DNA of 63,971 bases, filler included, from Dimargaris cristalligena (taxonomy: Eukaryota): NCBI GenBank assembly GCA_003614675.1. It is 5 parts of 5 records of this genome, joined end to end, with 100 filler letters (N's around TTAATTAATTAA, not from the genome) between each part and the next. Parts side by side here need not be neighbours in the genome. Positions count along the whole stretch, not along the records: positions 25,887 to 38,718 come from ML003022.1; positions 38,819 to 51,638 come from ML003023.1; 3 more parts are not named here. The stretch is one strand, 5' to 3'. Below, piece after piece: positions 26,028 to 39,190 of this stretch; position 1 is the first letter of the stretch, and every line of letters begins with the position of its first letter. The position numbers and the translations under genes were made by a program. A model generated the notes under the pieces. That model was not told the origin of the DNA, made no database searches, and saw only the letters and a program-made list of their open reading frames with translations.

Positions 26028-26257
26028 TGGATAGCTACAGGTACCCAGAAAACTCTGATGGTAACTAAAAGAGTCTTCAGATTAGTACTTGAGTAGTTAA
26101 TATAAAGGAGTAGTATCCATAAAGGGAAGGGTTATATGATATAGGATGATCCCATAGTACTAGGTGTGACTATGGGAAGGTTAATATAGTGCTATAAGGC
26201 CTAATATAGTTGATCAATTGTTATGTCTGGATTAAGCTGGATTAGAAGGGCTGACAA
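26028..26257 (+). mobile_element. Partial LTR-like repeat (family 1, terminal ~230 bp)
   Basis: ...GACTATGGGAAGGTTAATATAGTGCTATAAGGCCTAATA...GATTAGAAGGGCTGACA matches the ends of the other copies; preceded by a different sequence ending ...TTTACA that may be another LTR end. Confidence 0.65.
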
Positions 26258-26279
26258 GTACTGACAGGTCTTATATTAT

Positions 26280-26760
26280 ATCCTATTTCTACCAATAACA
26301 TTGTTTTATTTAGTTACCCTGTAGCCATTCATTTTAACTACTTAAAATGTGCCCTACTGATTACACTATTCAAAAAAATTTGCAATCCAGAGGCAATTAA
26401 TGTCATCTAGCTGCTTTCCTCTTACAATTATGGTTATATTTATTTGTCTTTATATCTCAACTTGTAGTTGCATACAGACTTGGATATAATGGTGCCTTGA
26501 TTTCAATCAGAACCTATTAGATACCAGTATCCTCTGACCAATACCTCTGCTATAACCTTCTGGACAACCCAATGGTATTATGGGTGTATAAATATTCCCA
26601 TGGGTTTTTCTCTGCTCATTCCTTAGCTTATACCTACTCTATGTATTCTATTGTAACAATATACCATTCATTGGCTAGGTATAATGTATCCTATGTATTG
26701 TAGGATTTACTTTTGGATAACCAGGGTACTCCAAGAACAACCTAGATGACCAAAATAAGT
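26280..26760 (-). pseudogene. Decayed retrotransposon coding relic (possible Gypsy integrase H2C2 region)
   Basis: Minus-strand fragments HWVVQKVIAEVLVRGYW and HHYIQVCMQLQ resemble the integrase zinc-binding region; many stops and frameshifts; adjacent to an LTR-like copy. Confidence 0.3.
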
Positions 26761-27959
26761 CAGTAAAAACTTTAATTCTTGCCCTAATATTAGTAAGTGT
26801 ATCTTAATACTAGGTAATATCACTGTTGATTATCCAGTATCACCTAATACTGCCGTATTAGTGTTGGTTAATAATACAACTATTATTAGAGCCAACAGAA
26901 ACCTGTCAGTGTAGCCTCCTAGCGGCCTAAGAGTGGCGAACCACTGCGGCAATGTGCAACTCATCAATGTAGGCGTACATTTTATGTAAGTTTCCCAGAA
27001 AGACCACCTACTATTCAGTGATAATATGGTTGCCCGGAATGCTATATATGATAGACTGAATACCTTTTTTCACCGCATCTAGGTCAACAATAGGTGTAAT
27101 ACTACAGATTATGGCGGGGTATAATCCTTGGATAGACCAGCCACCCTACGCCTAGGAAGAACAAACCGAGATTGTTCAAAATGTGATTACAAAGGTCACT
27201 TTATGGACAATTAGAGTGGCGGATACCAAATAGGGGGATGGGTTAATTTTCATTAAAAAACATTACTATACCTATTTAATAAAGAGGCGCCACTCAGAAT
27301 GAGCCTGCTTGTGTATACCCGATTCCACTAAAGATATAGGTTTAGATCAGACAATGAGTATGCTGGAATTCGTCACTAGAAGACATGATATAGAAGTGGC
27401 AAATAATGAAGACGTACAATTGAATGGGGAAACCATAATATTTGAATGGGAATGGTCAAATGATGACAATGCTTTACGTGATTGGATTATCGCGCCTCAG
27501 AGGCTAGATGATTGTTGCGCCTAGAAACAAAAAAGAAGAGGCAGCTTGCATCTCCTTGAATATTAAGCATACCACCAATATTAATCGATTATACTTCTTT
27601 CAAAGAGAAGCCCACTCATTTACTAGTCCTCGGGCATATCTTTGAAACCAATCATTGGTCTATTCTTGAGTCCTAGCACATAATTATCTTAATTTTATAA
27701 AAAAAAATATCGCCAGTAACATTCTATCAAAAACCAAACCACTAGCCCTAAGTACTTCTTCATTTATCACATTCTTTGACCACTTTCATTGGTTAGTTAA
27801 CTATTTTAGGTCACTCAGCTAGTACCACTGGAGTATTTATAGCACAAGTGCTGGTCACCTATTGCTAAGTCATCACACTTTTAACTCTGTATCTCCAATC
27901 ACAATTTTAAGGCCCTGTATATCCTACCCTACTATTAACTCCGTACACGCAACTCAGCC

Positions 27960-28322
27960 ATGGGAGACCGGGACGCTAGATATGATATCAATTATTTAAT
28001 CACGCCAGAGAAAGATGATACCACCGACAAAACTTGTGACAATCCCGATGGCCGGAAGAATAAGGTCCCTACACACACGTGTCTTAATTGTGGACGGAAA
28101 TTCCATCGCAGCAATACACTTGTTGAACATAAACGGGACTGCAAGGCATCCTCTTTACAGTACAGGTGTTGTGGCTGTAATCATGCATTTGGCACCATTT
28201 TGGGAAGGACCAGACATGAAAATGCTTGCTCTTTAGCCAAATATTGTTTTGAATGCGAGGGGATATGTGAAAATACATATCACCCAAAGGTTCTCCTTAG
28301 ACTTCGACTCGCAACGGATTAA
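27960..28322 (+). CDS. Small C2HC/C2H2-type zinc-finger protein (120 aa)
   Basis: CLNCGRKFHRSNTLVEHKRDC and CCGCNHAFGTILGRTRHENAC fingers plus CFEC; good start context (cagccATGG); single exon. Confidence 0.6.
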   Translation: MGDRDARYDINYLITPEKDDTTDKTCDNPDGRKNKVPTHTCLNCGRKFHRSNTLVEHKRDCKASSLQYRCCGCNHAFGTILGRTRHENACSLAKYCFECEGICENTYHPKVLLRLRLATD

Positions 28323-29089
28323 TATATCCCTCATTTGATTTTGGAGATTTGATTTTTGACTTATGGTATTTTTTAGGTTATCCCACATACACATTGGGGT
28401 CGAAAGCACTGTAATTGTCCACCAAGTATCCGCCTGTTTCATTCACTCATGTGTTGTTCAATATTATTGTGGCAGTCTGCCCTCATTTATGTATTATTTT
28501 GAGTTTGGTTTAGGACACAATGCACTATTCGTCAGTATGCATCTGGAATATTATTGACTTATTTTGGTCTTTGCTTTGTTTGTCATCCGATTGGGTATTC
28601 TCAGTAATGCTTAGCCCTTAGACATGCCCGTTCCCTAGACATCCTTATAATAAAACTCCCATTTCCAAAGTTGGTATATTGAAATATTAACCTGTGTGCT
28701 ACTGTACCATAAATATTATAATTAGAAAATAAATTGGTGGTAGTTTAATGGCCTGTTTTAGTGATATTTACACCAGGCCAACCCTTTTATATGTTTTGGA
28801 GTGGGCAAGGCTATATACATTTGGTACCAAGTGGGTCACTCAGGTTTCGGAATACTTATACTATAGATTACCAGAAACATCAGATCTATATGAATATGAA
28901 GTCCAATATCACCAAATGACTCAGATGGCATCTAATACTTATGAGGGCTTCACATGTTACTATAAAGGTATGAATATTCCACCATTTACTTTGCAGACCA
29001 GGTTATAGACATTAGCATAATAACTTGGGTGATGAAGTAACATTCTATTACATCTATTTAAAAGTAGAAATTTAGTTAGTTAATTATAC

Positions 29090-29908
29090 TATCACCTAGG
29101 TTAACCACTCTTAGTCTATCAAGAGTACCAAGGATAGGCTTCTAATAGTAGGTGGGGCTTAGGCTTAGCCTAGCGGGTCCTAGCATTAGACTGGGGCACA
29201 GTACTAACTAATAAAGGCTACTGGAATGTAGGTATACACAAGGGACATGCAGTAAGTACACTTACTAGTCAATATAAGGGGGGTAAGTGTATATAGAGTT
29301 TATTAAGGTAAACTAGGGGATAAGAATAAGCTAAGGAATCTAACTAGTCCCAGTGGGGGCTAGTTATATATGTGGGGGACAACTCCAAAGGGAGGTCCCC
29401 AGAGAAGAATACTACTAAGACTAAGGTAAGATAAATAAGCTACCTGGATGGCCGTGAGGACTTGAAGACTCTGCTAGTAGCCAGAAGAGTCATTGGATCA
29501 GCACCAGAGAGATTAGTGCAAACTATAGAGTCTGGAAGGGGAACAGTTATAAAATATAGGGTGATCCCATAGTTCCAGAGGTAACTATGGGAAGGTAAAT
29601 ATGTGGTGCTGCAGAGTGCAGGTAACTGGAAGTATATTTAATTACCTGATTCCTTTACTAATTAGAACCCATTTATCAATGTAAAGCGCTTCTACAACCC
29701 CACCGTTGGCTCCACTACAATCTGCCAACAACGAGATCCCTGATAGTAGTTCGAACCTCCCGCCGATTTTCCCGGCTTTTTCCCCCCATGACGTAATCCC
29801 CAACCTAACCAGTCCACCAGGTCTCGGCGTTACAAATATGGCACTATAAGGCCTAATAAGGGTGGTTAATCATTATATCCAGATTAAGCCAGATTAGAAG
29901 GTCCAACA
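29090..29908 (+). mobile_element. LTR-like repeat (family 1) interrupted by a nested 233-bp insertion
   Basis: T(G>A)TCACCTAGGTTAACC...GATTAGAAGGTCCAACA; colinear with other copies except for 29602-29834. Confidence 0.75.
29602..29834. mobile_element. Nested solo LTR (family 2), TGT...ACA with 4-bp TSD AATA
   Basis: aata|TGTGGTG...CGTTACA|aata splits the host motif gggaaggt(t/a)aatatgg that is intact in other copies. Confidence 0.65.
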
Positions 29909-30297
29909 ATGTATTTATCCATTTTAAATTTAACTATATCCCTTATAGTCTTCTGGGTCTTTTTGCCATCTATATATAGGAAGAGTCCTAGATACCCCTA
30001 TTGTGCCAGCCAGGCTTTCTTCTAGAACATGCATTACACCTACATCAACTAGGCCATTGTCTAGGTCACTATCCTATACTTACTGGAAACTTCCTCTAGC
30101 CATTAATAAATACTCAGCTCTATTCCATGACCATACTTTATATAAATAGCCTGTAAGGTCCCCGTGGGACATCGCTTTTGACAAAAACCTCTTTTTATTG
30201 CAAGGCGAGTATAGTTAAAAGAGATATAGTAGGTTGTTTTATCGACCGGCTGGGTATTTGACGCTAGTTTCCATCAAGATACATGGTCTATGCGGAA

Positions 30298-30998
30298 TCA
30301 GTGGCGACCGTTGCCTTCTTCCTTTTGAACCCGTTGTACGTAGGCCTGCGAGATGTGGTTCCAGGCCTCAAGGTACTTCTTCACGCAACTCGATAGACAA
30401 TTCTAATTGGGGGGATCACGTTGATCGGTAAGAGTTAGATATGATGTAGCATTAGAATGGGAGTCGCCATTTGAAATGGTAAGGTATTCCGGGTATATAA
30501 AGCATGATCCATCAGTAGCCTCAGTGGTTGGACGGTGCGTTTAGTGAATACAGTAATTGCGAAAAGTACGTAATGGGGATACCATGAGCCGCCACCAAAC
30601 GAATAAAAGTAACCTACCGTTTCGGATCCGCTGAGGCTTTGGCCTGGATTGGGGACGCAGCTCTTAAAACACGTTTCGTTAGTATGCTAAAGGTTGTATA
30701 CAATTTTGGTAAATATGAACAGGTAAGTCGGGCTTTAGTTGCATGCATGAGACGATCTTATCGTGAAGGAAAACTACCGGTCGCTAATTGCGGATTGTTA
30801 TAGGCATGGCCTTAAACGGTTGATTCGGAGGGACGACGAGAGATCAGCAGTGGGGGTTTTAAAGGTAGGGCGATCTGTTAGTAGAAAATGCGGAATGTGA
30901 CCTACTTGGATGATCTCGCGAGCGTTGGCGAGTGCCAGCTCCTGACGGATCTTATCCTTCAGTTCAGCGCTCTTGTTTCCGGTTAGATTAAATGCCAT
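30298..30998 (-). CDS. TIM13: Mitochondrial IMS small Tim chaperone Tim13; exons 30906-30998, 30618-30686, 30298-30402
   Basis: Spliced product MAFNLTGNKSAELKDKIRQELALANAREIIQ|HTNETCFKSCVPNPGQSLSGSET|NCLSSCVKKYLEAWNHISQAYVQRVQKE...; twin CX3C motif. Confidence 0.92.
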
Positions 30999-31782
30999 GG
31001 TAGATAAGGAACACAGAGTCACTATTCGTAGAAAGTGGAATTCACAAACGAATTAGAGGGGGGGAGGGACAAAACGGAGAGGGTAAACAAATAAACAAAG
31101 GTAAGGGATATAAAATAGAACAATGAGAATTCGGAGTAAATCTTAGAGCTGATAATTGACGAAGCTGTTCGACTGAAACAGCATACTGATAACACTGCTG
31201 AGGCCTGATTAAAATAAATAGCGAAGGTTAATGAAAAAATATCCCCCGTCATGGGACATAGTCTGACCCAAACCACTGAACGCCGTAAGCCCTACCTGAC
31301 CTGCTACGGCTTTACCATTAAACGGTATGGCCAAAACTAAGCAATTTCCGGATGCCTTTCCGGATACTTTCAGTCTACTTATTAATGATTCAAAATATCA
31401 GAAGCAAGCTATTCAAACACTTGAAGAGTAATGCTACCTGTAGCACAAAACCGATACGTAGTATTAAATGCCCTGCCCACCAATTACATACGTAATGATA
31501 CCCAATTATGCACACATTCCTAGTCCAAATACACTCTATATTGATTAATTCCTACGAAAATGCCGGATTTATTGGGTCGTATATAGTTTAACAGTATCGA
31601 AATAGGTTCGGGTCGATCAATATTCAGTGGTGAATGGGCACGTATACATGCCACATCAAAACATGCTAGTCCACGACTGTGGGGGAGTCCCAACTTTAGC
31701 TGAAAATGATTGAATAATCAACAGCCCGAGTCCTGTATAGTAAGGCCACTTGGCCTCTGGAATGAAAGTAAAATCTGTTCGT

Positions 31783-33522
31783 TTAAATCTGGAATCGCTC
31801 TTGATTGGGAAAACGGACTTGCAGTTCCCGCACTTCACGCTGGAGCACGCGTTTCTGCGAATCAGCCCGGCCAATAATCTCTTCGATGTGCTGGCGGTAG
31901 TTACCCGACAGTGCGGACAGGGGCAATTTGGCGGATACCTCATTGATAGCGTTCAGCACGGTGCTTAGTTGGTTGGGCAACCACGTCACAATGGGACTAC
32001 CCCCGGTAGCCACTGGGTGGGAGGTATACTTAATGATATACTCCTTAGTGAACATCCAGTGACGGTGACGGAACGCTCGGATCCAGTCTAAGTTCTCGAG
32101 ATAGAGAGCTAAATAATAGGTGGTTTGGAAGCGGGAAATATAGGTCATACATACAATGCGCATAAGTTAAGTTACAGCGAATGGTAGTGTTGTAAATCCA
32201 GCGATCCCTACTCAGGTATAATCTAACCTTGTTTCAAATCAGATACGATATGACATATAGCGGCTGTATCGATCCAGTAGCCTCACCGAGCTATAGCACC
32301 AACAATATTACGGCGAATATATTAATTTAAGTATTTCGGACGACTTACCGGTGGACTGTGGATCGCGCAGTGCAAAGTCCCGAACGCGAAGGTGGTTAGC
32401 CTCATTCTCCATGTGGGTTACAAAACCATGATGGTTCTTGGGTCGATAGTTCCGGAAGTCCCGCAGGGTCTGGGTAAGGGGGTTATTGGGCATATGGGCC
32501 GTCAACTGAAACAGGTTGTCGCTGGTGGGGATGATACTGTCATTGGCGCCACTTTCGCCGCGGTAAAAACGAGGATTGGATTGGGCGGGCGTTCCTTCAA
32601 ACGTGATGCCGTTGGGGAACATGGGCTGGTTCTTGGTTCCCATGATGAATGTGCGGAACGACATGTAGTCCTCGGCCCGACTGCGTTTCCACATGGTCTC
32701 CATGACCTGGTTAATCTTATCCATAGTATCCCGGTAAAGCTCCAAACTGGCGTTAAAGGCGGTCCGGTCCTGGTCCCGCACCCCCTGGAGTACCCCCAGG
32801 GCGCTGGAGACCAACGGGCCCGTATGGGCCACCATGGCCACATGGACTAGAATGAACCCGTGCTCGGACGGACAGCCCGAGAACTGGCGCACCAGATCTA
32901 AATTGTTATAATCCAGTCCCTGGCTAGGGTCGCGGAGGCGGTAGTTGTAGAGGGAGTATGATTGGGCATACTCCATAAACGGCATCGCACCAATTTTGGC
33001 CGCGACCACTTCGAGCGGCTGGGCAATTGCACGGGGCAAGACATTACGGCCTAAACCGTACTCTCCCGTTTGGCGGTAAAGGCGGTCGCAGGGTTCGAGT
33101 AAGTAAGCCGATGCCAGAAACGTCAGGTCCCGGAAGAGGGCCGTCAGTAAACGGGGGTCGGTTTCGCGGGACACGTCGTACACGGGTAATTCCTGGTCGA
33201 CGGCGGCCCCTAACCTTCCCTGGCCGAGCAAGCCCGCCGAACCGTCGGGCAACTTCAGCGGCATGCGCTGAAGGAGATCCTCCAAAACGCCGAACCGTTC
33301 GGGCAGGGCAGTTAGGGGGTCTTGGGTGGGCAGAAAACCCCGACGGCCATCGACGATAAACTGACTGGTCGGGTCGGGATTACTCCAGACCGGGGAGGGG
33401 TGGTGAGTCAGGGGTTGGGCTTTGCGTACCACGGGGGTAGCCCGCAGACCGAATCGGCGGACGGCGGGGGATTGGAAGGCCGAATGGCCAAAGACGGGGG
33501 AAACCCGAGTCAAGCGCAACAT
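31783..33522 (-). CDS. Indoleamine 2,3-dioxygenase family protein (fungal IDO-gamma-like); exons 32349-33522, 31783-32108
   Basis: RGFLP, ASAYLLEPC, PFMEYAQSYSLYNY, SEHGFILVHVAM, FRTFIMG, YRGESGANDS, FRHRHWMFTKEYI (proximal His) and ATGGSPIVTWLPNQL motifs. Confidence 0.88.
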
Positions 33523-36500
33523 AAGGATGGGTGAACAGAAGGGGAAAAATAAATTAAATGGTAAGGGTGTGCAACTAAGGTGTAATGGTTGTATTTGATT
33601 AAATACACCAGTGAGCTTGGAATAGGGCTGTTGTAACCAAGGAAATGGAAACGGGGAGTAAGGTATGGGTTATCAAATCCTCTAACAGTATTTCGCACTG
33701 TTAGAAATTCGAAATGGGTGAACGTGAGGAGAAGGGGAGAATGCGCCAAAGGTAAATGGTATGTTGGTAATGACGGTTAGAAGGATGGGGCGACCTGGCA
33801 TGTTTAAATACTTTTGATTTGGGCCAAACATTGGAGGTCACGAGCCTGTGACTACACTTTCATGCCCTTTGGGGCTCGAATAATAGGCACTTGATTCCGG
33901 ATAAACTAACACTTAATATTCGCGTAAGTTGAATGAGAATGGGGAGGGGGAGGGGGAGTGTTCATAATTCGGCGAATCCGAAGTGGTCAGTTTTGGTGAA
34001 ATCTAGGGTGTCCAAAGAAAAATTACCGGGGACACCCCTTATTTTTCGGGGCTAGCCCTTATTGCGTTGCTAAGAAGGGCAATGTATCAGTTATTACCAT
34101 TATACCTTGATAGAATAGGGCCAGCTATGCTTAGGGGAACTCAGGCAGCTATTGTTAATCCAGCTTATCATTATCTAGAAAACAAAAGTTGCGGGTGGAC
34201 TAACCAATTCCAACCAATGATGGGTGGGGAACATCGCGCGTGAAGGACAGCATCCCTTGCTCATAGTGGCGGTCAAAATGGTCATTTCGGGAGGGGCATA
34301 TTCTTCCTTTACTAAAAGTAAAATCACGGGTATGTCCAGCGTGACTGTATGTCCTATAAATAATAAGGGGCCCGAAATAGGATAGGTGATGGGATTGGCA
34401 CAGACGTTTATGAAGGGATGTATTTAGAAAAAGACCGTTTTTTCGGGTGGATTGATGGCTCAATCCTCCTTCAGGTTTAATAAGCCAATAAAAAGACAAT
34501 TATTTATTGTTATATCAGGGGGGCGGATAAATCGTACTGGACACTAAATGTGAAACCCCCCCAACCTCGAGCACTGAGGTTCCTCTTTAATCCTCTAATG
34601 GACTGGGTGGGTCACCCCACCTTGGAAGCCAGGAGAATTACCAGCCTCCATTGGTCTAACCTTTGGATGAACCAGTGCCCTTGTTGATGAGCGTGCAGTG
34701 TATGTGTTTGAGTAAGTAGTACGAAAATCATGAGACTGGCGTTCCCGACCCCTTTTGAATTAGAAAACACGACGAGTCGAAAAAAGGCACTGCCCATTCT
34801 TGAGAGGGAAGTGTATACAATGGCATAATCGATGGTACTCCAGCGACTCCTAAATCAGGTCTCGCGAGATAGAAAGCGTACCCTATACCCCAGAGTAGAA
34901 CTACTTGAAACGTAATGACCCGCGGTGACAGTCCTCCAAAATTGCCCCCCTTTAAGCCCTCCCGGCTCAATTTAGAAGTCTGAGTTACAATGCATAGAGA
35001 ACTAGGACTGCGCTTAGCACTGGTTGTAACTATGCATGAGCGGAACAATGAATTAAATTGGTGACTAATGGGCAGGCTAAGAGGTATCATTGTGATTCTA
35101 AGCCAAGTGCTATAATATTTGGTTTCTCTAAATGATTGACTTCCCGTCGAGCTCTAAGATGGAGGTTGACTTTCCAATGTGTCTTGCAAGTTGGTTTTCC
35201 ACTGAATACGCCCGCTGACTTAGTAATGTACCATTTTTCAGTAATTCAGTACTAATAGACAATATTGTCGTCAAAGTTCTACTAGACTAACAGTACACCA
35301 GTTATCCCGAAGGTTTACCCTTTAGGCCCGAATAGCAGTCGCTCTGAGGAGGCGGGTTCCAGTAAAATTCTAAAACGAGGGTTTTAAATACACCTTCAAT
35401 GGTACCCGCGCATATTTATTATAGTATGATGTTAGTCATTCGATACACGAAACGTAATAAAATAGTTCGAGGCAAAAATTAGAAATCGACTCTACAGCTG
35501 CCTGATGGTTTCTATGCGGGACTTGTGACTGCATAACTAAGGGCCCGGCAAAAAGATAACAGTTGATGCAAATTGCCACCCCCCGGTTCTAACCTGAAAT
35601 CCCCCCACCTTAAATTCACACAAGTTACGACCAATAACATAAGCGAAGGTCTGACCCAGGCGATGAAATTGTAGATAGAAAAAAGTAGGCCGAATTTACC
35701 GACCTCCTGTTTTAACTATGTGTCGATGGGGAAGGAGTGGGGAAGGGTGGCAGGGTAAAGAAAAACAGCCATAACAATTACAACAATGACGGACCGGCTG
35801 GCGGATAAAAGTGGAAAGAACGGTTGGAATCCACACTAGTAATATGTTACCCTTCACTTCGGCACCCTTTTGAGTAATATTGTTTAAAAAAAAGCAGTCA
35901 CAAAATATTCCCAGCACACACACGCGCCAGTCGTAATGTTGGGGTGGATCGGCTCGCCAACTGTCAATCCAATTGGTGCACTGATGGGTTCATCCCCAAC
36001 ATCCAAGGGACTTTGGTCGCACATGTGCTTTGATGGAGGCGAACTTCTTCCTGTACTCCACCAGCCTGTATCGATTTTATTTTATGAAACACCCCCCACC
36101 CACCGGGTCGAGTATACAAGTGAGACTTGTCACTCTTTCCTCTACAGCCTCCCTTCAGCGATCTCTCTTAAGCGGCTACTCTCTTTGGGGCTGGACCAAT
36201 AACCAAAATGTTATTTTCAAAGCGACCCCATGGTCATGGTGTGACTCCAATCGCAGCTGAGAATGGGCATGTTTCCGCCTTGCTCACATTCTTGGAACAA
36301 CTATAGCTTAGCTATAATTACACTGTGTAGATTAGTTGGCGTCCGGCAAGACTAGTGAACTGCATATATTTCTTGACGTACATTTATTAAGGGGGCTGGG
36401 TCGTCAACCAACAAATAGCCCAGTACTCGGAGACTATAGAAGCAGATATGCAAGTCCCGAAGAGGGTTGCTTTGACCATTAAATTAAAAGAGTAGGCCCA

Positions 36501-37877
36501 AATCTAGACAAAACGGAAACATTTAAAACGTCTTCATGCTAAGCATAAATGGTCGTATACTTGGACATGTTAGGCCCCCGCGGTTGTATCCGCTGTGGCA
36601 ATGCCTTCGAGAGGCATCCTCTCACCATACCCATGATTTTTTCCCGCCAGGTCACCTGGCCGCTTACTCCCGCTACACAACCAGGGCTTGGGAATTGTGA
36701 CTGTCTTTTTTCTATTAAAACGCAAATGGATGGTTCCACGGTCAACATACACTGTTTCTATATTCATATTGTATTTTCCGCCTAGCCCCTTCACTCAGTC
36801 ACTGATGACGGAAGGCAAATTGTAACTGGGATTGCCCATTGCGCCATTCTCTTATCGGTTTGATCAGTGATTTTCCAGAAAAAAACGGGATGAAAAGCCT
36901 CCTAATTAGTCTATCATCTGAATACCTCCTACTCCCCCATACCAAAAATGGGGAGAACCCCAACGACCACGAATAATACCCCCCGGATTCAACACCAAAG
37001 ACTATCCCCATTTTGGTTGGTGTGATCCTACCCCAATCGAATCATCTGGGGACCATCCCTGTATCACCTCCCCTCTCCTCTCACGCTACCAAAAGCAACA
37101 CCCCATCCCATGACACTGACACATCCACTCTATATGATGATAAACTGTGCCATTATTAATAGAGCGGAGGCTATCCGTGTTAAGGCAGCAGTCGCAGGTA
37201 ACATCGCTATATATAATATAAAAAGAAATTCCCTCCCAAAGAATATCATAGGTGGTTAAGTAGAAGGAGTTTAACTTTAAGTGTGGACATTAAGCAAACG
37301 TCCAGTTACCTCATTCCCCAGTTTACATATTTTGATAAAACACCGTTATTTTTTAGTATTCAACAATAAAGGTCGCCGATAAACGAGTACTGTAATTAGC
37401 CAATGTACTATCGTTATCTGTTCCAGAAGACCTCAATTTGAAAAGGCCAAGAAAGTGAATTGGCCGACATTTTTATCCACATTAAATTGACATTGAACAG
37501 CTCGAATGTTGATTAAACTGCGGCAAATCCCCCATTTTTTTTGGCTAACTATTAGTTGGGACCCTTACATTATTTAAATAATATGTCTTCTGAAACATCA
37601 GGGGGGAGCCAGTGGACATTGATGCCATGACATGTAAAATTATAAGGAATGGCATATAGAGAAGTAGAGTAGTAACTTAGTTTTGAAGAAACCCTTGCCA
37701 CACTATTTCAATATGGTATCAAATAGACAAGGCTCATCCTCACAATTCAGCTATATTGTTCTACACATACTCAGTGGGTCTCTTATTTATAAGTTTTGAT
37801 AAATATATTTCATAAGGTTAACAAATTTATTACCTTACACTATCCTAATAAATAATGTAAATAGTGGAGGTGAGGTC

Positions 37878-38461
37878 TGTCAAACCATCTAATCCACCTT
37901 AATCTGGCCAGTTTAGGTGTCCAACTATATAAGGCCTTATAGCATTATTTTAGCCTTCCTATAGTCACCCCTAGTACCATATAACCATCCCCCATTATAA
38001 AACCCTTCCCCTTCCAGACACCACCTCTTTATACTAATCACTCCCAATACTAATCCACAAACTCTTCTGGTCACCATCAGAGTCTTCCAGATACCCATAA
38101 CTGTCCAGTTAGTTCATTTATCTATCCTATTGTCTTAGTAATATTCCCCCCTTAGGACCTCCCTCTGGAGCTATCCCTGTATATATAACTGGGCCCTATT
38201 CAGACCAGTTAGATAGCTTAGCTTATTCTTACCCCCTAGTTTATCCTAATAAATACTATTTATGCCCACCCCCCCATACTAACTAGTAAGTGTGTCCACT
38301 GCATATCCCTTACATATCCCTACTACCAAAGCCTTTATTAGTTAGTACTGTGCCCTGTACTTAATGCTAGTAGCCTACTTAGCTGAGCCTAAGCCCCAGC
38401 TACCATTAGAGGCCTATCCTTGGGACTCTTAATAGACTAAGAGTAGTTAACCTAGGTAACA
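37878..38461 (-). mobile_element. LTR-like repeat (family 1)
   Basis: TGTCAAACC...TTAACCTAGGTAACA termini; purine-rich AGTGGAGGTGAGG (possible polypurine tract) immediately to the left. Confidence 0.75.
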
Positions 38462-38660
38462 GTACAATTAACTAACTAAATTTCTACTTGTAAATAGATG
38501 TAATAGAATACTATTTCATTACCTAAGCTATTATGCTAATGTCTATAACCAGGTCTGAAAAGTAAATGGTGGAATATTCATACCTTTATAGTAACATGTG
38601 AAACCCTCATGCATATTAGATACCATCTGAATCATTTGGTGATATTGGACTTCATATTTG
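38462..38660 (-). repeat. ~200-bp flank shared with 28890-29089
   Basis: Reverse complement of the sequence immediately preceding the 29090 LTR-like copy (AAGTAGAAATTTAGTTAGTTAATT..., TATGAATATTCCACCATTTACTTT). Confidence 0.8.
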
Positions 38661-38718
38661 TGGTGAACTTACCACATTTTTTACCTACTTTTATTTTTTA
38701 TCTATTTTTCGCACTTAT

Positions 38719-38818
38719 NNNNNNNNNNNNNNNNNNNNNNNNNNNNNNNNNNNNNNNNNNNNTTAATTAATTAANNNNNNNNNNNNNNNNNNNNNNNNNN
38801 NNNNNNNNNNNNNNNNNN
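38719..38818. other. Artificial contig spacer
   Basis: N44-TTAATTAATTAA-N44. Confidence 0.97.
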
Positions 38819-39054
38819 CCTGATGTTGTGTACAATTAGCACACATCTTTAACTGGGATGCTTTGCCTTTACTATATTTAAACTTGTATTTTGAAGTTGC
38901 AATTCCATTAGTACATATTACAGGACTAATGCCTGTTGGGGGGGGGGGTTGCTCTAAGCTCAATAGTGTCCCTTTGATATAGGAATACTTCTGACCGGAT
39001 GAGAACGATGGGCGTGTAGCCTAGAGTAGTACCAACGAAGACGAAACCCATTTT

Positions 39055-39190
39055 AGGAGAAGTTCATACAGACTGTGTAGCGAAACATCCGTTGGATACG
39101 GTAAATATTACCTGGTCGAAAATGAGCATCCCACCTAGCCCAGCACTCTATTACAGGGGAATACATAAGCCGCATAAAAATATAGTTTAT
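39055..39190 (-). mobile_element. Degenerate ~144-bp hairpin family copy
   Basis: GGAGAAGTTCATACAGACTGTGTAGCGAAACATCCGTTGGAT...GTAAATATTACCTGGTCGAAAATGAGCATCCCAC matches the left half of 45116-45259. Confidence 0.55.

Noticed and set aside
33600-37600. ~4-kb gene-free stretch upstream of the IDO gene with several short ORFs
   Set aside because: No ORF with recognisable motifs, splice-consistent model or repeat structure that I could support by eye.
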